A model generated the notes under the pieces. It was not told the DNA's origin. It made no database searches and saw only the letters and a list, made by a program, of their open reading frames with translations. Positions 9,044 through 19,339 of a stretch of 64,000 nucleotides of DNA are shown piece by piece. The DNA is from Alphaproteobacteria bacterium (GTDB lineage Bacteria > Pseudomonadota > Alphaproteobacteria > SHVV01). How positions within the stretch are numbered: the stretch's first letter is position 1; every line of letters starts with the position of its first letter. Location: assembly GCA_965261735.1 (NCBI GenBank), contig OZ253470.1, positions 1,056,001-1,120,000 on the forward strand, in the 5' to 3' direction. The translations under genes were made by a program, and so were the position numbers.

Positions 9044-10959
9044 CCGACCGACCGATGACCGATATCGGGCACCGCCTCGGCGCGGGCAAAGGCACCCGAT
9101 GCGTGGTTCTGAAGCCACATTTCGAGCATCATCAAGGCCCAAACGAGCTCGCCGTGATAGGACGGGTGGCCGCCCTTGTGGGCCGCGACCGCGGACTCGA
9201 GAAATTCCGGGAGGAACAGATCGCGGCGTCCCAACGCGCCGATGCAGTCGTAGGTCAGCTCCTGCAAGGGGCGGCTGCTCTTGAGCCAGAGGCCGAACGG
9301 CAGCCCAAATCCGTGCTTGCTCTTGGTCAGAGTTGACTTGGGCAGGAAGTCGCGCATCGCGTACTTGAAGAAGTGACGCAGCCTGAACCACCTGACCTGT
9401 AGCTTGGGCGGCACACGCGCCGCCAGCTCGACGACATCGTCGTCGAGCAGCGGGAAGCGTACGTCGATGCCGGCGGACCGCGCCGTGCCCCCGACCTTGC
9501 GCAGGTCGTCGTCGGCGATCGTCATTCTGAGATCGAGGTTCATCATGCGCTGGAGAGGCGAGCGCGACGGGTTGTCGCGGTAGTGCTCGCGCATGGTCGT
9601 AAGGGGATGACGGGCGTCGATGTCCGCGCCAACGCCGGGCGCGAAGCACTGCGCGGCGGTGATAGTGCCGAAGTAGTTGTAGTAATGCAGGCGGTCGGGC
9701 AGCGGCGTGTTGGCCTGCTTGATGTAGCTGCGCGCCTTGCGCACCGGGTATAGGGCCGCGCCGCCGGGCCAGCGCTCGATGACAGGTTCGATGAACGAGG
9801 CCCGGAGCGCGTGTGGCAGCACGTCATAGGCGTCGAAGAAGCGCTGGCGGACGTAGCGCTCGTTGCCGGCGAACAACTCATCGCCGCCGTCGCCGGCGAG
9901 CAGCATACGGGTGCCCCGCTCCTGAGCCATCTTCGCGCAGTAGTAGGCTGGTACGGCCGAGCTGTTGCCGTAAGGCTCGTCGTAGATGCGAGCCATGGTT
10001 GGCACGAAGCTGATCACGTCTTCCGGGGTGACGTAATATTCGTGCAGGTCGACCTTGAAATGCCGCGCCGCCGTGCGCGCGAACTCGAGCTCGTCATATC
10101 CGGCTGCGTCGAAGCCGATGCTGTAAGCGTGCACCTGGCCGGGGGCGCGCTTGGCCAGCAGCCCGGTGAGGGTCGAGCTGTCGACGCCGCCGCTGAGGAA
10201 GGTTCCCACCTGAGATGGATCGGCACCGTCGAGCGCCCGGTCCATGGCCCCGTCGAGCGCCTCGCGCACGTCGGCGGCCAGGGTGTCGATATCGCCGCCG
10301 CTGCCGCGTGGCGTCCTGTCGACGTAGGGCATGCGCCAGTAGAAGTCGAGCCTTGCCGCCCCGTTTTCATACCACAGGCACTGACCCGGAAGGAGCTTGC
10401 GGATCTCGCCATAGATGGTGGCCGGCGCCGGTATGTACTCGAAGAAGAGGTAATCGAAGATCGCCTGAGGGTCGATGCTAGTGTCGATGGACGGGTGCAC
10501 GGCGACGGCATCGACGGTGGTGCCGAGGACGACCCCGCGTGGCGGAGTAGCGTAGCATAGGCGGTGGACGGCAAGGCGGTCGACGGCGGCGAGCAGCCGC
10601 CCCCGGCCCGCGTCGATGACCGCGAGCGCCCAGCTGCCGCGGAGTGCGGTGAACAACCTTCGGCCATGCTGCTCATAGGCCAGGGCAAGCGACTTGGCAT
10701 GACCCTCGCGTGCCGCGAGGTCGACGAGGTCGGAGTCGAGCCAGCGTGGCTGCCCGACGATGGCGGCGAGTACCGCGCCGTCGGCATGGACATGGCACGC
10801 GGACGGCGGGCCCGCGGCATACAGGCCGCGCTCGGGCGCCGTGTCGGACCAGGCGGTGGTGCCCGCTTCGACCGCCAAGCCGGACGCCATGGCGGCCATC
10901 GCTTCCTCGGGGTCGCGCCCGCCCCACTCGGCCCCCAGCCAGCCGCACAGGCCGCTCAT
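9040..10959 (-). CDS. Asparagine synthase-like amide ligase (XrtA locus)
   Basis: FLSGGVDSS, LAGDGGDELFAGN, DLRKV, KHGFGLP. The N-terminus is MSGLCG, with Ser at position 2. Confidence 0.88.
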   Translation of the reverse strand: MSGLCGWLGAEWGGRDPEEAMAAMASGLAVEAGTTAWSDTAPERGLYAAGPPSACHVHADGAVLAAIVGQPRWLDSDLVDLAAREGHAKSLALAYEQHGRRLFTALRGSWALAVIDAGRGRLLAAVDRLAVHRLCYATPPRGVVLGTTVDAVAVHPSIDTSIDPQAIFDYLFFEYIPAPATIYGEIRKLLPGQCLWYENGAARLDFYWRMPYVDRTPRGSGGDIDTLAADVREALDGAMDRALDGADPSQVGTFLSGGVDSSTLTGLLAKRAPGQVHAYSIGFDAAGYDELEFARTAARHFKVDLHEYYVTPEDVISFVPTMARIYDEPYGNSSAVPAYYCAKMAQERGTRMLLAGDGGDELFAGNERYVRQRFFDAYDVLPHALRASFIEPVIERWPGGAALYPVRKARSYIKQANTPLPDRLHYYNYFGTITAAQCFAPGVGADIDARHPLTTMREHYRDNPSRSPLQRMMNLDLRMTIADDDLRKVGGTARSAGIDVRFPLLDDDVVELAARVPPKLQVRWFRLRHFFKYAMRDFLPKSTLTKSKHGFGLPFGLWLKSSRPLQELTYDCIGALGRRDLFLPEFLESAVAAHKGGHPSYHGELVWALMMLEMWLQNHASGAFARAEAVPDIGHRSVG

Positions 10960-10996
10960 GAGGGGTTGCAGCTTTCGGCGGGCGCGCGTGCGGGCC

Positions 10997-11867
10997 CTAC
11001 CACGAGACCATCCACTCGCGTGTCCATGCCGAGACCTGATCGCGCCAGGCGCGCCGTGAAAACGTATGGTCGGCGTCGGTGAGGCGATGGCGCGTCACCC
11101 GCTTGGCGGCGAGCAGGCGCCGCCAAGCCCGCGACGCCGCGGCCGTGTCCTCGAACTCGTGCGCCGTAAGGTCGCTGCCGCTCAGGACGATCAGGACCTG
11201 ACCACGAAAGCGCACGAGGCCGGCCGCCATGCGCTCGGGCAACGGTGCCGCCGGCGCTGCGGCCATCGCGGCCTCCGCCGGTACCCGTTCGTCCCGGTGC
11301 CCCGCGCCCAGGGCACGCCGGGCGTTGGCGAGCAAGGAGCGCAGCGCCGAGGCGGCCTCGAACTCGCCGCGCCACACCTTGCGCCAGAGGGCACGCTCGG
11401 TGAGGCGGCGTAGGTAGTAGTGACGGAGGTAAGTGCGGGCGATGCCGGCCTCGGTCCGGGCCCACGGATTGAGTGCCACGATGCCGGTCACGCGGGGGTC
11501 GGTGTGGGCGTAGAAAAGGATCGCCGAGGCGGCGTCGCACAGGCCCCACAGCGCGACCTCCTCGATCTCGGGCACGGTCTCGGTGAAGACATCGATGGCG
11601 GCGGCGACATCGGCGCCGATGTCCTCGAAGCCGCGGAAGGCGCCGTCGCTGTCGGCCATGCCGCGGTAGTCGAAGCGCATCACGGCTGATGCCGGCCTCG
11701 GCCAGGCCGCGGGCGAGCATGAGGAACTGGCGGTGGCTGCCCACGCGGTACTGGGGGCCGCCAACCACGATCACGAGGCCGCGCCGATTCGGCCGCGCCG
11801 GCTTGTGCACGATGCCGAGCAGGGCGTCGCCGGCGCACTCCACGCATACGGGGACCTCGTTCGTCAC
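10997..11867 (-). pseudogene. Hydrolase 1, exosortase A system-associated; frameshift near 11687
   Basis: VVGGPQYRVGSHRQF and MRFDYRGMADS/WGLCDAAS are in different frames. This could be a sequencing indel. Confidence 0.82.
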
Positions 11868-12724
11868 GCCGCCTCGCGGTCGAACAAGCGCACCGTGGCG
11901 GCGATGAGCTCGGGCGCGACGATGGGTTCGGACAAAGTGAAGTCCTGCAAGGTCCAGAAGGGATCGCCGACCACCGATGCCGGAGCCGCGCGGCCGCCGC
12001 CCTCGCGCCACCGTTCGATCGCGCGGCGGTTGGCCGGCGCGAGCGGGCGGTCAGGTTCGGCGACGAGTTCCAGCCAGTCTAGCCCGGGGGCGGAGAACGG
12101 CGCGATTCGATCGATTCGCGCGGCGTCGATGGCGACTGCAAGCGCGGGGTCGACCTCGTAGCCCGCAACTTCTATGGCGCTGCCCGCCGCCAGCACCTCA
12201 CGCAGGCCCTTGGTCGTTTCGCCCTCGCCGTCACCGCCCATGCCGGCGGCGACACGCATGCGCAAGAACTGGGTGAACATGGTCTCGCCGCTTACGACCG
12301 GTTGCCACAGGACGATGCGATCAAAGCGCTCGATGCGCTCGGCCGCAACCTCCAGAGCGAGCAGGCTACCGAGCCGCAAGCCCCACAGGCCAACCCGGCG
12401 ACGGCCTTGCGCGGCCAGCCAGTCTGCCGCCGCTATCACGTCTTCGCGCCAGATCTCCCAGCGGGCGTCGCGGAAGTCGCCGCCACTATCGCCGGTGCCA
12501 AAGAGGTCGAGCAGCAGGACGCCGACGCCAGCAGCGGCCAGGGCCCGCGCCTGCAGCGCCGCCATGCGACGCGACCGGTTGAGCTCCTCGGCAAATGGCG
12601 CGACGAAGATGAGATCGCCGGCGTCGGCGACCCCCGAGTGCGGCCCATGATAAATGCTGAACAGCGGTCCCGCCGGACCGTCGATGAAAAAGGGCGTGAA
12701 GCAGGTGTGCGCCAATGCGCTCAC
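11864..12724 (-). CDS. Hydrolase 2, exosortase A system-associated
   Basis: PFAEELNRSRR, DLFGTGDSGG, WGLRLG, WQPVVSG...QFLRMR. Confidence 0.9.
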   Translation of the reverse strand: MSALAHTCFTPFFIDGPAGPLFSIYHGPHSGVADAGDLIFVAPFAEELNRSRRMAALQARALAAAGVGVLLLDLFGTGDSGGDFRDARWEIWREDVIAAADWLAAQGRRRVGLWGLRLGSLLALEVAAERIERFDRIVLWQPVVSGETMFTQFLRMRVAAGMGGDGEGETTKGLREVLAAGSAIEVAGYEVDPALAVAIDAARIDRIAPFSAPGLDWLELVAEPDRPLAPANRRAIERWREGGGRAAPASVVGDPFWTLQDFTLSEPIVAPELIAATVRLFDREAA

Positions 12725-12972
12725 GAGGCCAGCTTTTGCTCGACGAAACTCGACAGGCTGCCGACGGTCTCGAACGCCTCGGCCGTGATCTCGTCGTCGT
12801 CGACGATGAAGTCGAATTGCTCCTCGATCGCGGTGATCACGGTCACGACGGCCATGGAATCGAACTCGGGCAGGCTGCCGAAGAGTGGTGTCGAGGCATC
12901 GAATTCCTGTGCCCGGTCGCCCAGCATCAGCGCGTCGCGAAGAACGATCTTGATGTCGTCTATGACCGTCAT
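12721..12972 (-). CDS. Acyl carrier protein
   Basis: 83 aa, acidic, EFDSMAVV phosphopantetheine-attachment Ser motif. Confidence 0.92.
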   Translation of the reverse strand: MTVIDDIKIVLRDALMLGDRAQEFDASTPLFGSLPEFDSMAVVTVITAIEEQFDFIVDDDEITAEAFETVGSLSSFVEQKLAS

Positions 12973-13308
12973 GCGCCTACTTTCGTTCCCTCGCCGTTAG
13001 AAGAGCAGTCGCGCGCACCCAGCCAACCGGGGCACCGCAGGGGTCGTGCCACGGCCGCCGCGAGTTATAGCAAGAAGCCCGCCGGCATTGCACGATTGGC
13101 GAGACTGGTCACGCGAGCGCCGCCCGGCCCCCGTCGCGTCGCTCGGCGCCTCCTTTACCCGCCGCGGCGGGCGCGGGAAAGTCAATCCGTCACAATGGCG
13201 CCGCCGACAGGTTCCGCGCACGGCGCCGTTGTCGCGGCTCACGGTCCACGGGTATCCTTGCTTTGCCGCCCCCCGGCGCTCTGCCGCCAAAAAAACATCG
13301 CCGACCCG

Positions 13309-15276
13309 ATGAACAGAGCCGAAAGGCGCCGCCGCGCGAAGCAGGTCAAGCACACCGGCCACGCTCCGGGGCTCGAGGGGGCGCTGCGAGAGGCGATCGG
13401 TCGGCACCAGGCCGGCGACATACGCGGGGCAGAGCAGCTCTATCGCCGTATTCTCGGCCGTGAGCCCGACAATGCCGATGCCCACCATCTGCTGGGTATG
13501 ACGGACCTCCAGCTCGGCGACATCGATCGCGCGGAACGCCGGATCCGCCATGCCATCGAGCTCGCGCCGGAGCACGCCAATTATTGGAGCAACCTGGGCA
13601 TCGTGCTGAAGCGCCAGGGCGCGGCGGCCGACGCGCTCGCGGCAACGCGAAAAGCCATCACCCTGGAGCCAGAGCGGAACAGTTTCTGGATCAATTTCGC
13701 CGAGGGCCTGCGCCAATTGTCGTTCTCGGGCTTCGATCGTGACGCCGCGACAGATGTCGTGAGGTGCCTCTCCCGAGACGGGATCGACCATCAGAGCCTG
13801 GCCCCGGCCGGCCTCGACCTGGTGCGCGCGTCGCCGTCGTTTCGCGCCCTCGAGGAATGGGCGCGCGCGAACGGCGCGCTCGAGGTTGCGATCCGTGCGC
13901 GCGAGGCGCTCCCCAATCTTGGCGATCCGCTTCTAATCGCCTTGATGAATCGCGTGATCCTGCAGGATCCGGTCGTCGAGACGGCGCTCACCGCGGTGCG
14001 GCGCGTCCTTCTCGACCTCGCCTGCGAGCATGCACTGGCTGGGGTCTTCCCCGAGTCGCGCCGGGCCTTCGTCTACGCGCTCTCGCGGCAGTGCTACGTC
14101 AACGAGTACGTGTTTGCCTGTTCGCACGCCGAGGGCGAGCGGGTCGACCAGCTTGTCGCCGCCTCCTCCGCACCCGCCGTGCTCGACGACGAGGACCGGT
14201 TGGGGCTCGCCGTGATCGCCAGCTACCGGCCTTTGTCGGAACTCGACAACGCGGGTGCCTTGGACGCCATGGGGCACGCCGACCGCGACGCCGCGTTTCG
14301 CGCGCTTATCGAGGTGCAGATCGGCGAAGCGCTCGTCGAACGGGGCCTCGCCACGGGCATCGATTCGCTCGCCCCGATCCGCGACGACACCTCGCGTCGG
14401 GTTCGCGCTCAATACGAGGAGAGTCCCTATCCGCGCTGGACGAGCGTGCACGAGAACCAGCCGAGGCCGGTCGCGGCGGTGATGAAGCAGATCTTCCCGC
14501 ATCTCGCCGCCGGCACCATGGCGTCTCCGCAGCAGCCGGATATTCTCGTGGCCGGCTGCGGAACGGGCAAACACGCGATCAGCAGCGCCCGGCGGTTCGC
14601 CAGCGCCCGCGTTCTCGCCGTCGATCTCAGCCGCGCGAGCCTGGCCTACGCGCGCCGCAAGGCGGACGAGCTCGGCGCCGACAGCGTCGAGCTCCTACAC
14701 GCCGACATCCTCGACCTCGACCAGCTCGGCCGCGACTTCGACATCGTCGAATGCGCCGGCGTCCTGCACCATATGGCCGACCCACTCGAAGGCTGGCGCG
14801 TGCTGGTTGGCTGCCTCAGGGCAGAGGGGCTAATGAAGATCGGCCTCTACAGCGAGACGGCGCGCCAAACGCCCGTGGCTGCCCAGCAATGGGTGGCCGC
14901 GGCCGGCTATCCGGCGACGCCCGACGGCATCAGGCGCGCCCGGGCGGAAATCTTGGCGTTGCCCGAGGATCATCCCGTGCGTGCCGTCGCGCGCAGGCCG
15001 GACTTTTACTCCACCTCGGCCTGCCACGACCTGATCTTCCATGTCCACGAGCGGCGCTTTACGCTGCCCGAGATCGCCACTGCGCTCGAGCAGCTGGGCC
15101 TCGAGTTCATCGGCTTCGAGCTGTCGGATACGCAGGTTTACACGCGCTACCGCGATCGCTTCCCGGACGATCCGCGAGCCACCTCGCTCGCACATTGGCA
15201 CGAGTATGAGGAGAGCTACCCCGAGACCTTCGCCGGCATGTACACGTTCTGGGCGCGGCGCGCGAAAGCGAGTTAG
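13309..15276 (+). CDS. TPR-repeat protein with C-terminal class I SAM methyltransferase
   Basis: MNRAERRRRAK leader, TPR repeats, QYEESPYPRW, LVAGCGTG, GVLHHMADP. Confidence 0.88.
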   Translation: MNRAERRRRAKQVKHTGHAPGLEGALREAIGRHQAGDIRGAEQLYRRILGREPDNADAHHLLGMTDLQLGDIDRAERRIRHAIELAPEHANYWSNLGIVLKRQGAAADALAATRKAITLEPERNSFWINFAEGLRQLSFSGFDRDAATDVVRCLSRDGIDHQSLAPAGLDLVRASPSFRALEEWARANGALEVAIRAREALPNLGDPLLIALMNRVILQDPVVETALTAVRRVLLDLACEHALAGVFPESRRAFVYALSRQCYVNEYVFACSHAEGERVDQLVAASSAPAVLDDEDRLGLAVIASYRPLSELDNAGALDAMGHADRDAAFRALIEVQIGEALVERGLATGIDSLAPIRDDTSRRVRAQYEESPYPRWTSVHENQPRPVAAVMKQIFPHLAAGTMASPQQPDILVAGCGTGKHAISSARRFASARVLAVDLSRASLAYARRKADELGADSVELLHADILDLDQLGRDFDIVECAGVLHHMADPLEGWRVLVGCLRAEGLMKIGLYSETARQTPVAAQQWVAAAGYPATPDGIRRARAEILALPEDHPVRAVARRPDFYSTSACHDLIFHVHERRFTLPEIATALEQLGLEFIGFELSDTQVYTRYRDRFPDDPRATSLAHWHEYEESYPETFAGMYTFWARRAKAS

Positions 15277-16478
15277 ACCAGCACCTCGGGCGGCGCGGGG
15301 TGACCGAGGAAGGCGTTGGGGCTCGCGGTCAAGCCGTAGGCACCCGACTGAAAGACGACGATCAGGTCGCCGAGAATATCGAAGGAGGTGCACAGGCAGC
15401 CGACGACGCTCACCGTCTCGCGCGAATCCATGTCCATCTTGGTGCCGACCGCGATCGGGAAGTTGCGCCGGATCACGGTGCCAAGGTTGCCGGACGCGGT
15501 CAGGTGGTGGTGCAGGCCGCCGTCGGTGATGAGGAAGACGTGGTCGCGAGAGACTTTGCGGTCGACCACGCGAGCGACATAGATGCCGGCTTCGCCGACG
15601 ATGTAGCGGCCGAGCTCGAGCACGATGCGAGCGTCGCCCAGGGCCTCTTCCAGGCGAGGCATGAGGCGCTCCAGGTTGGCGCCGACCACCGCAAGGTCGA
15701 GTGGGCGATCGCCCGGGAAGTAGGGAATGCCGAGCCCGCCGCCGATATTCAACGTCGTCACCGGACTCGGGGCGTGGGCGGCTAGCTCGATCGCCAGATC
15801 GACGGTTTTCTCCTGTGCCTCTTCGAGGAACTCGTGGCGCAGATTTTGCGAGCCGCTGAAGATGTGGAAGCCCTCGAAGCCGAGGTCGAGCTCGGCGAGG
15901 CGCGAAAGCATCTGCGGAACGCGCTCGGCGTCGACACCGAAGGCCTTTGCCCCACCGCTCATGCGCAGCCCCGAGGCCTTGAGGTCGAAGTCCGGGTTGA
16001 TGCGGACCGCGACGCGCGGGCGTATTCCCAGGTGCGCGCCGATACCGGCGATAGTCTCCATCTCGGCCTCGGATTCCATGTTGATGAGAACCCCCGCGCC
16101 GACCGCTTGGGCGAGCTCCGCCGGCGTCTTTCCGGGCCCAGCGAAGCTCACGTCCGCGGGCGCTACCGGCGAATCGAGGGCCACCTTCATCTCACCGGCG
16201 GAGGCGACGTCGAAGCCATCGACCAAGCCCGCCAAATGCTGGACAACCGCCGGCATGGGGTTGGCCTTGACCGCGTAGCTCAGGTGAATGCGCCGCGGGA
16301 GATTCTCGCGCAGCGCGGCAATCCGTTCGCTCAGGAGGCGGCGGTCGTAGGCGAAGAAGGGCGTGGTCCCGACGCGATCGGCGAGCCGCGTGAGCGGCTG
16401 GCCGCCGACCTGGAGACAATGATCGACAACCGGAAAGCCGGTAATCGGCGCATGCCGGGGCGTGGGCTTACCGGTCAC
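15273..16478 (-). CDS. Pyridoxal-dependent decarboxylase, exosortase A system-associated (possible short in-frame deletion near the C-terminus)
   Basis: YAVKANP, FAGPGK, HIFSGSQN, NIGGGLG, ELGRY, FQSGAYG. Confidence 0.9.
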   Translation of the reverse strand: MTGKPTPRHAPITGFPVVDHCLQVGGQPLTRLADRVGTTPFFAYDRRLLSERIAALRENLPRRIHLSYAVKANPMPAVVQHLAGLVDGFDVASAGEMKVALDSPVAPADVSFAGPGKTPAELAQAVGAGVLINMESEAEMETIAGIGAHLGIRPRVAVRINPDFDLKASGLRMSGGAKAFGVDAERVPQMLSRLAELDLGFEGFHIFSGSQNLRHEFLEEAQEKTVDLAIELAAHAPSPVTTLNIGGGLGIPYFPGDRPLDLAVVGANLERLMPRLEEALGDARIVLELGRYIVGEAGIYVARVVDRKVSRDHVFLITDGGLHHHLTASGNLGTVIRRNFPIAVGTKMDMDSRETVSVVGCLCTSFDILGDLIVVFQSGAYGLTASPNAFLGHPAPPEVLV

Positions 16479-18052
16479 GAGTCGGCGCCGTCGAAGAGAT
16501 TGGCGAGCTCGGCCGCGAGCTGCTTGCGATCCATCTTGCCGTTCGGCGTCTTGGGGAGAGACGGGCGCTCGATGATCGCGAGCGGCACCATGTAGGTCGG
16601 CATCTCCTCGCGGCACCGCTCGAGGAGCCGGGCCTTGTCGAGCTGCCCGCCGAGCGGACTTGTCGCGACGACCACCACGGCCTGTCCCAACACCGGGTGT
16701 GGCAAGCCGAGCGCGGCCGCCTCGCCGACCAAATGAGTGCCATAGACTAGCTTCTCCACCTCGGTCGGGCTCACCCGGTAACCCGACGTCTTGATCTGAT
16801 CGTCGCGCCGGCCGACAAAGTAATAGAACCCATCCTCGTCGTACCAGGCGAAATCGCCCGACCACACGGCGATCTCGGGCACGTTAAGCTCGGCGGGCTG
16901 GAGCGGCGCCGGCTTGAAGCGCTCGGCGGTGCGCTCCGGATTGTGCCAGTAGCCCTTGGTGACGAAAGAGCCGCGGTGCACGAGCTCCCCTAGCTCACCG
17001 GCATCGCAGCGGCTGCCGTCTTCACGCACGACCATGACCTCGGCGTTGGGAATGGGCTGGCCGATCGAGTTGGGCCGGCGATCGAGCTCGGACGGAGGCA
17101 GGCACGTCGAGCGAAACGCTTCGGTCAGGCCGTACATGAGGTGGATCGCGGTGTTAGGCAGCTTCTCGCGCAGCCGTGCGAGGGTCGCGCCCGGCATGGC
17201 GCCGCCGGAGTTCGTGATGTAGCGGAGCCGCTTCGATTCGTCCGGCCACTCGTGCTGGGCCAGCTGAATCCACAGGGTGGGCACGCCGGCGAGCCCGGTG
17301 ATGCGCTCCTTGTGGACCGCCGCCATCACGTCCCTAGGGAGCAGGTAGTTGAAGAGGACGATGCTGGCGCCGACGTTGAACGCGCTCGTCACCTGGACGA
17401 TGCCATAATCGAAGCTGAAGGGCAGTACGCACAGGATGCGGTCCTCGGCGGTGTTGCCGAGATGCTGGCTCGCGCTGCGCGCCGAGGCCACCAGATTGCG
17501 GTGCGACAGGACGACGCCCTTGGGCATGCCGGTGCTGCCCGACGTAAACAGGATCGCCACCATATCCGTATCGATGCCACGCTCGGCGGCGCTGGCGCCG
17601 TTGTCGCCGGCGGCCAGGAACGATTGCCACGCGATGAGAGTAGGGCCCGCGCCGTTGCCGCCGGCCGTCTCGTCGACGAGGACGACCGCCTCGAGGGCCC
17701 GGCACTGAGGCAGTACCTCGGCCAGGCTCTTGAGCCGCGCGCTCGGCGTGACGAGCACGCGCACGCCGCAGTTTTGCAGGATGTACGCTGCCTGTTTGGC
17801 GCGCAGCATGGGATTGATGGGCACGAACACGGCGGCCGCCGCAGTTGCCCCAAACTGCGCGACGACCGCCTCGAGACGCTTCTCGAGGTAAATGCCGACG
17901 CGGTCATTGCGCACGACGCCGATCTCGCGCAACCCGCCGGCCGCCTCGAGCACCCGTCGATGAAGCGCGGCATAGGTCAGGCCCTCGCCCTTGTACGCGA
18001 CGGCCGGCGCGTCGGGCCGCTCGCTCGCGTTCCGCGCCACCAGGTCGTGCAA
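16475..18052 (-). CDS. Acyl-CoA ligase (AMP-forming), exosortase A system-associated
   Basis: FTSGSTGMPKG, LPFSFDYG, MYGLTEAFRST, GRRDDQIKTSGYRVSP, NGK. Confidence 0.92.
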   Translation of the reverse strand: MHDLVARNASERPDAPAVAYKGEGLTYAALHRRVLEAAGGLREIGVVRNDRVGIYLEKRLEAVVAQFGATAAAAVFVPINPMLRAKQAAYILQNCGVRVLVTPSARLKSLAEVLPQCRALEAVVLVDETAGGNGAGPTLIAWQSFLAAGDNGASAAERGIDTDMVAILFTSGSTGMPKGVVLSHRNLVASARSASQHLGNTAEDRILCVLPFSFDYGIVQVTSAFNVGASIVLFNYLLPRDVMAAVHKERITGLAGVPTLWIQLAQHEWPDESKRLRYITNSGGAMPGATLARLREKLPNTAIHLMYGLTEAFRSTCLPPSELDRRPNSIGQPIPNAEVMVVREDGSRCDAGELGELVHRGSFVTKGYWHNPERTAERFKPAPLQPAELNVPEIAVWSGDFAWYDEDGFYYFVGRRDDQIKTSGYRVSPTEVEKLVYGTHLVGEAAALGLPHPVLGQAVVVVATSPLGGQLDKARLLERCREEMPTYMVPLAIIERPSLPKTPNGKMDRKQLAAELANLFDGADS

Positions 18053-18194
18053 CAGATCGCCGGTCGGGCACGGCTGTTGAGAAGGGATGCCTGCAAGGGG
18101 TGCGACCTCGCCTGACTTGTCGATGCGGCCAGCGGACTTTCCCTACTCAGCGGCGAGGCCATGTCGGATCGCCGTCGGCGTCCGCGAGAAGCTA

Positions 18195-19336
18195 GTGGAT
18201 TGATCGGAAGTCCGATTTGAGATTCCGTATGGTGCGGTGTCATGCGAGTCTGTGCTATGCGCACCGGCATCCATTTTACTGTCACGTCTGGCGACCGTCA
18301 GCGATTGCAAGCTATCGTCGCGGACCCGAAGAGCTCGCAGAAACATGTCTGGCGGGCGCGGATCATCCTGAAGAGCGACGAGGGGCTCGGGAACTCGTCG
18401 ATCATGGCCGAGACCGGCAAGTCCAAGACCTGTGTCTGGCGCTGGCAGGAGCGGTTCATGCACGAGGGTGTCAACGGCTTGCTTCGCGACAGGTCCCGTC
18501 CGCCTGGCAAAGCGCCGATCCCGCCGGAGCGCGTCGCCGAGATCGTCCGCCTGACCCAGCAAGCGCCGCCGCACGAGGCGACCCACTGGACGCTGCGCGC
18601 GATGGCGAAGGTTGCTGGCGTCGCGGCGTCGACGGTCCAAGCGATCTGGAAGGCCCATGGCCTCAGCCCGCACCGCTGGCGGCACTTCAAGCTCTCCAAT
18701 GATCCCGCCTTCGCCGAGAAGCTCACAGATATCGTCGGCTTGTATGTCGATCCGCCGGCCCATGCCGTGGTGCTGTCGGTTGATGAGAAATCACAGATCC
18801 AGGCGCTCGACCGCACCCAACCCGGCTTGCCGATGAAGAAGGGCCGCGCCGGTACGATGACCTATGATTACAAACGGCATGGCACGACGACGCTGTTCGC
18901 CGCGCTCAACGTGCTGGACGGTACGGTCATCGCACAGAACATGCAGCGCCACCGCCATCAGGAGTTCATCCGCTTCCTCAACCGCATCGAGCGCGAGGTG
19001 CCGACGGACAAGGCCGTCCACGTCATCCTCGACAACTACGCCGCGCACAAGAAGGACAAGGTCCGCGCCTGGCTCGCCCGCCATCCACGCTGGACCTTCC
19101 ACTTCACGCCAACCTCGTGCTCGTGGCTCAATGCCGTCGAGGGCTTCTTCGCCAAACTAACGCGGCGCAGGCTCAAATACGGCGTCTTCCAATCCGTCGT
19201 CGACCTTCAGGACGCCATCAACCGATTTGTCCGCGAATACAATGACGCAAACCCAAAACCCTTCATCTGGAAAGCCGACCCCGATCATATCATCGCCGCA
19301 CGAAACAGAGGGTTCCAAACGTTGGAATCAATCCAC
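18195..19336 (+). mobile_element. IS630-family insertion sequence, complete
   Basis: Terminal repeats gtggattgat/atcaatccac; TA duplicated within a CTAG context on both sides. Confidence 0.92.
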
Positions 19337-19339
19337 TAG
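18242..19339 (+). CDS. IS630-family transposase
   Basis: HTH, SVDEKSQIQAL, YKRHGTT, ILDNYAAHK, SWLNAVE. Confidence 0.95.
   Translation: MRVCAMRTGIHFTVTSGDRQRLQAIVADPKSSQKHVWRARIILKSDEGLGNSSIMAETGKSKTCVWRWQERFMHEGVNGLLRDRSRPPGKAPIPPERVAEIVRLTQQAPPHEATHWTLRAMAKVAGVAASTVQAIWKAHGLSPHRWRHFKLSNDPAFAEKLTDIVGLYVDPPAHAVVLSVDEKSQIQALDRTQPGLPMKKGRAGTMTYDYKRHGTTTLFAALNVLDGTVIAQNMQRHRHQEFIRFLNRIEREVPTDKAVHVILDNYAAHKKDKVRAWLARHPRWTFHFTPTSCSWLNAVEGFFAKLTRRRLKYGVFQSVVDLQDAINRFVREYNDANPKPFIWKADPDHIIAARNRGFQTLESIH

Noticed and set aside
8031-9649. Long ORFs 8031-9095 and 8219-9649 as novel fusion proteins
   Set aside because: They are chance read-throughs across deletion junctions of WalW-like, manC and IS fragments.
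10997-11867. Programmed frameshift in hydrolase 1
   Set aside because: No slippery heptamer at the break; a simple indel or sequencing error is more likely.
12715-13308. N-terminal extension making an 853-aa ORF
   Set aside because: It overlaps the ACP gene antisense; the TPR protein's typical leader starts at 13309.
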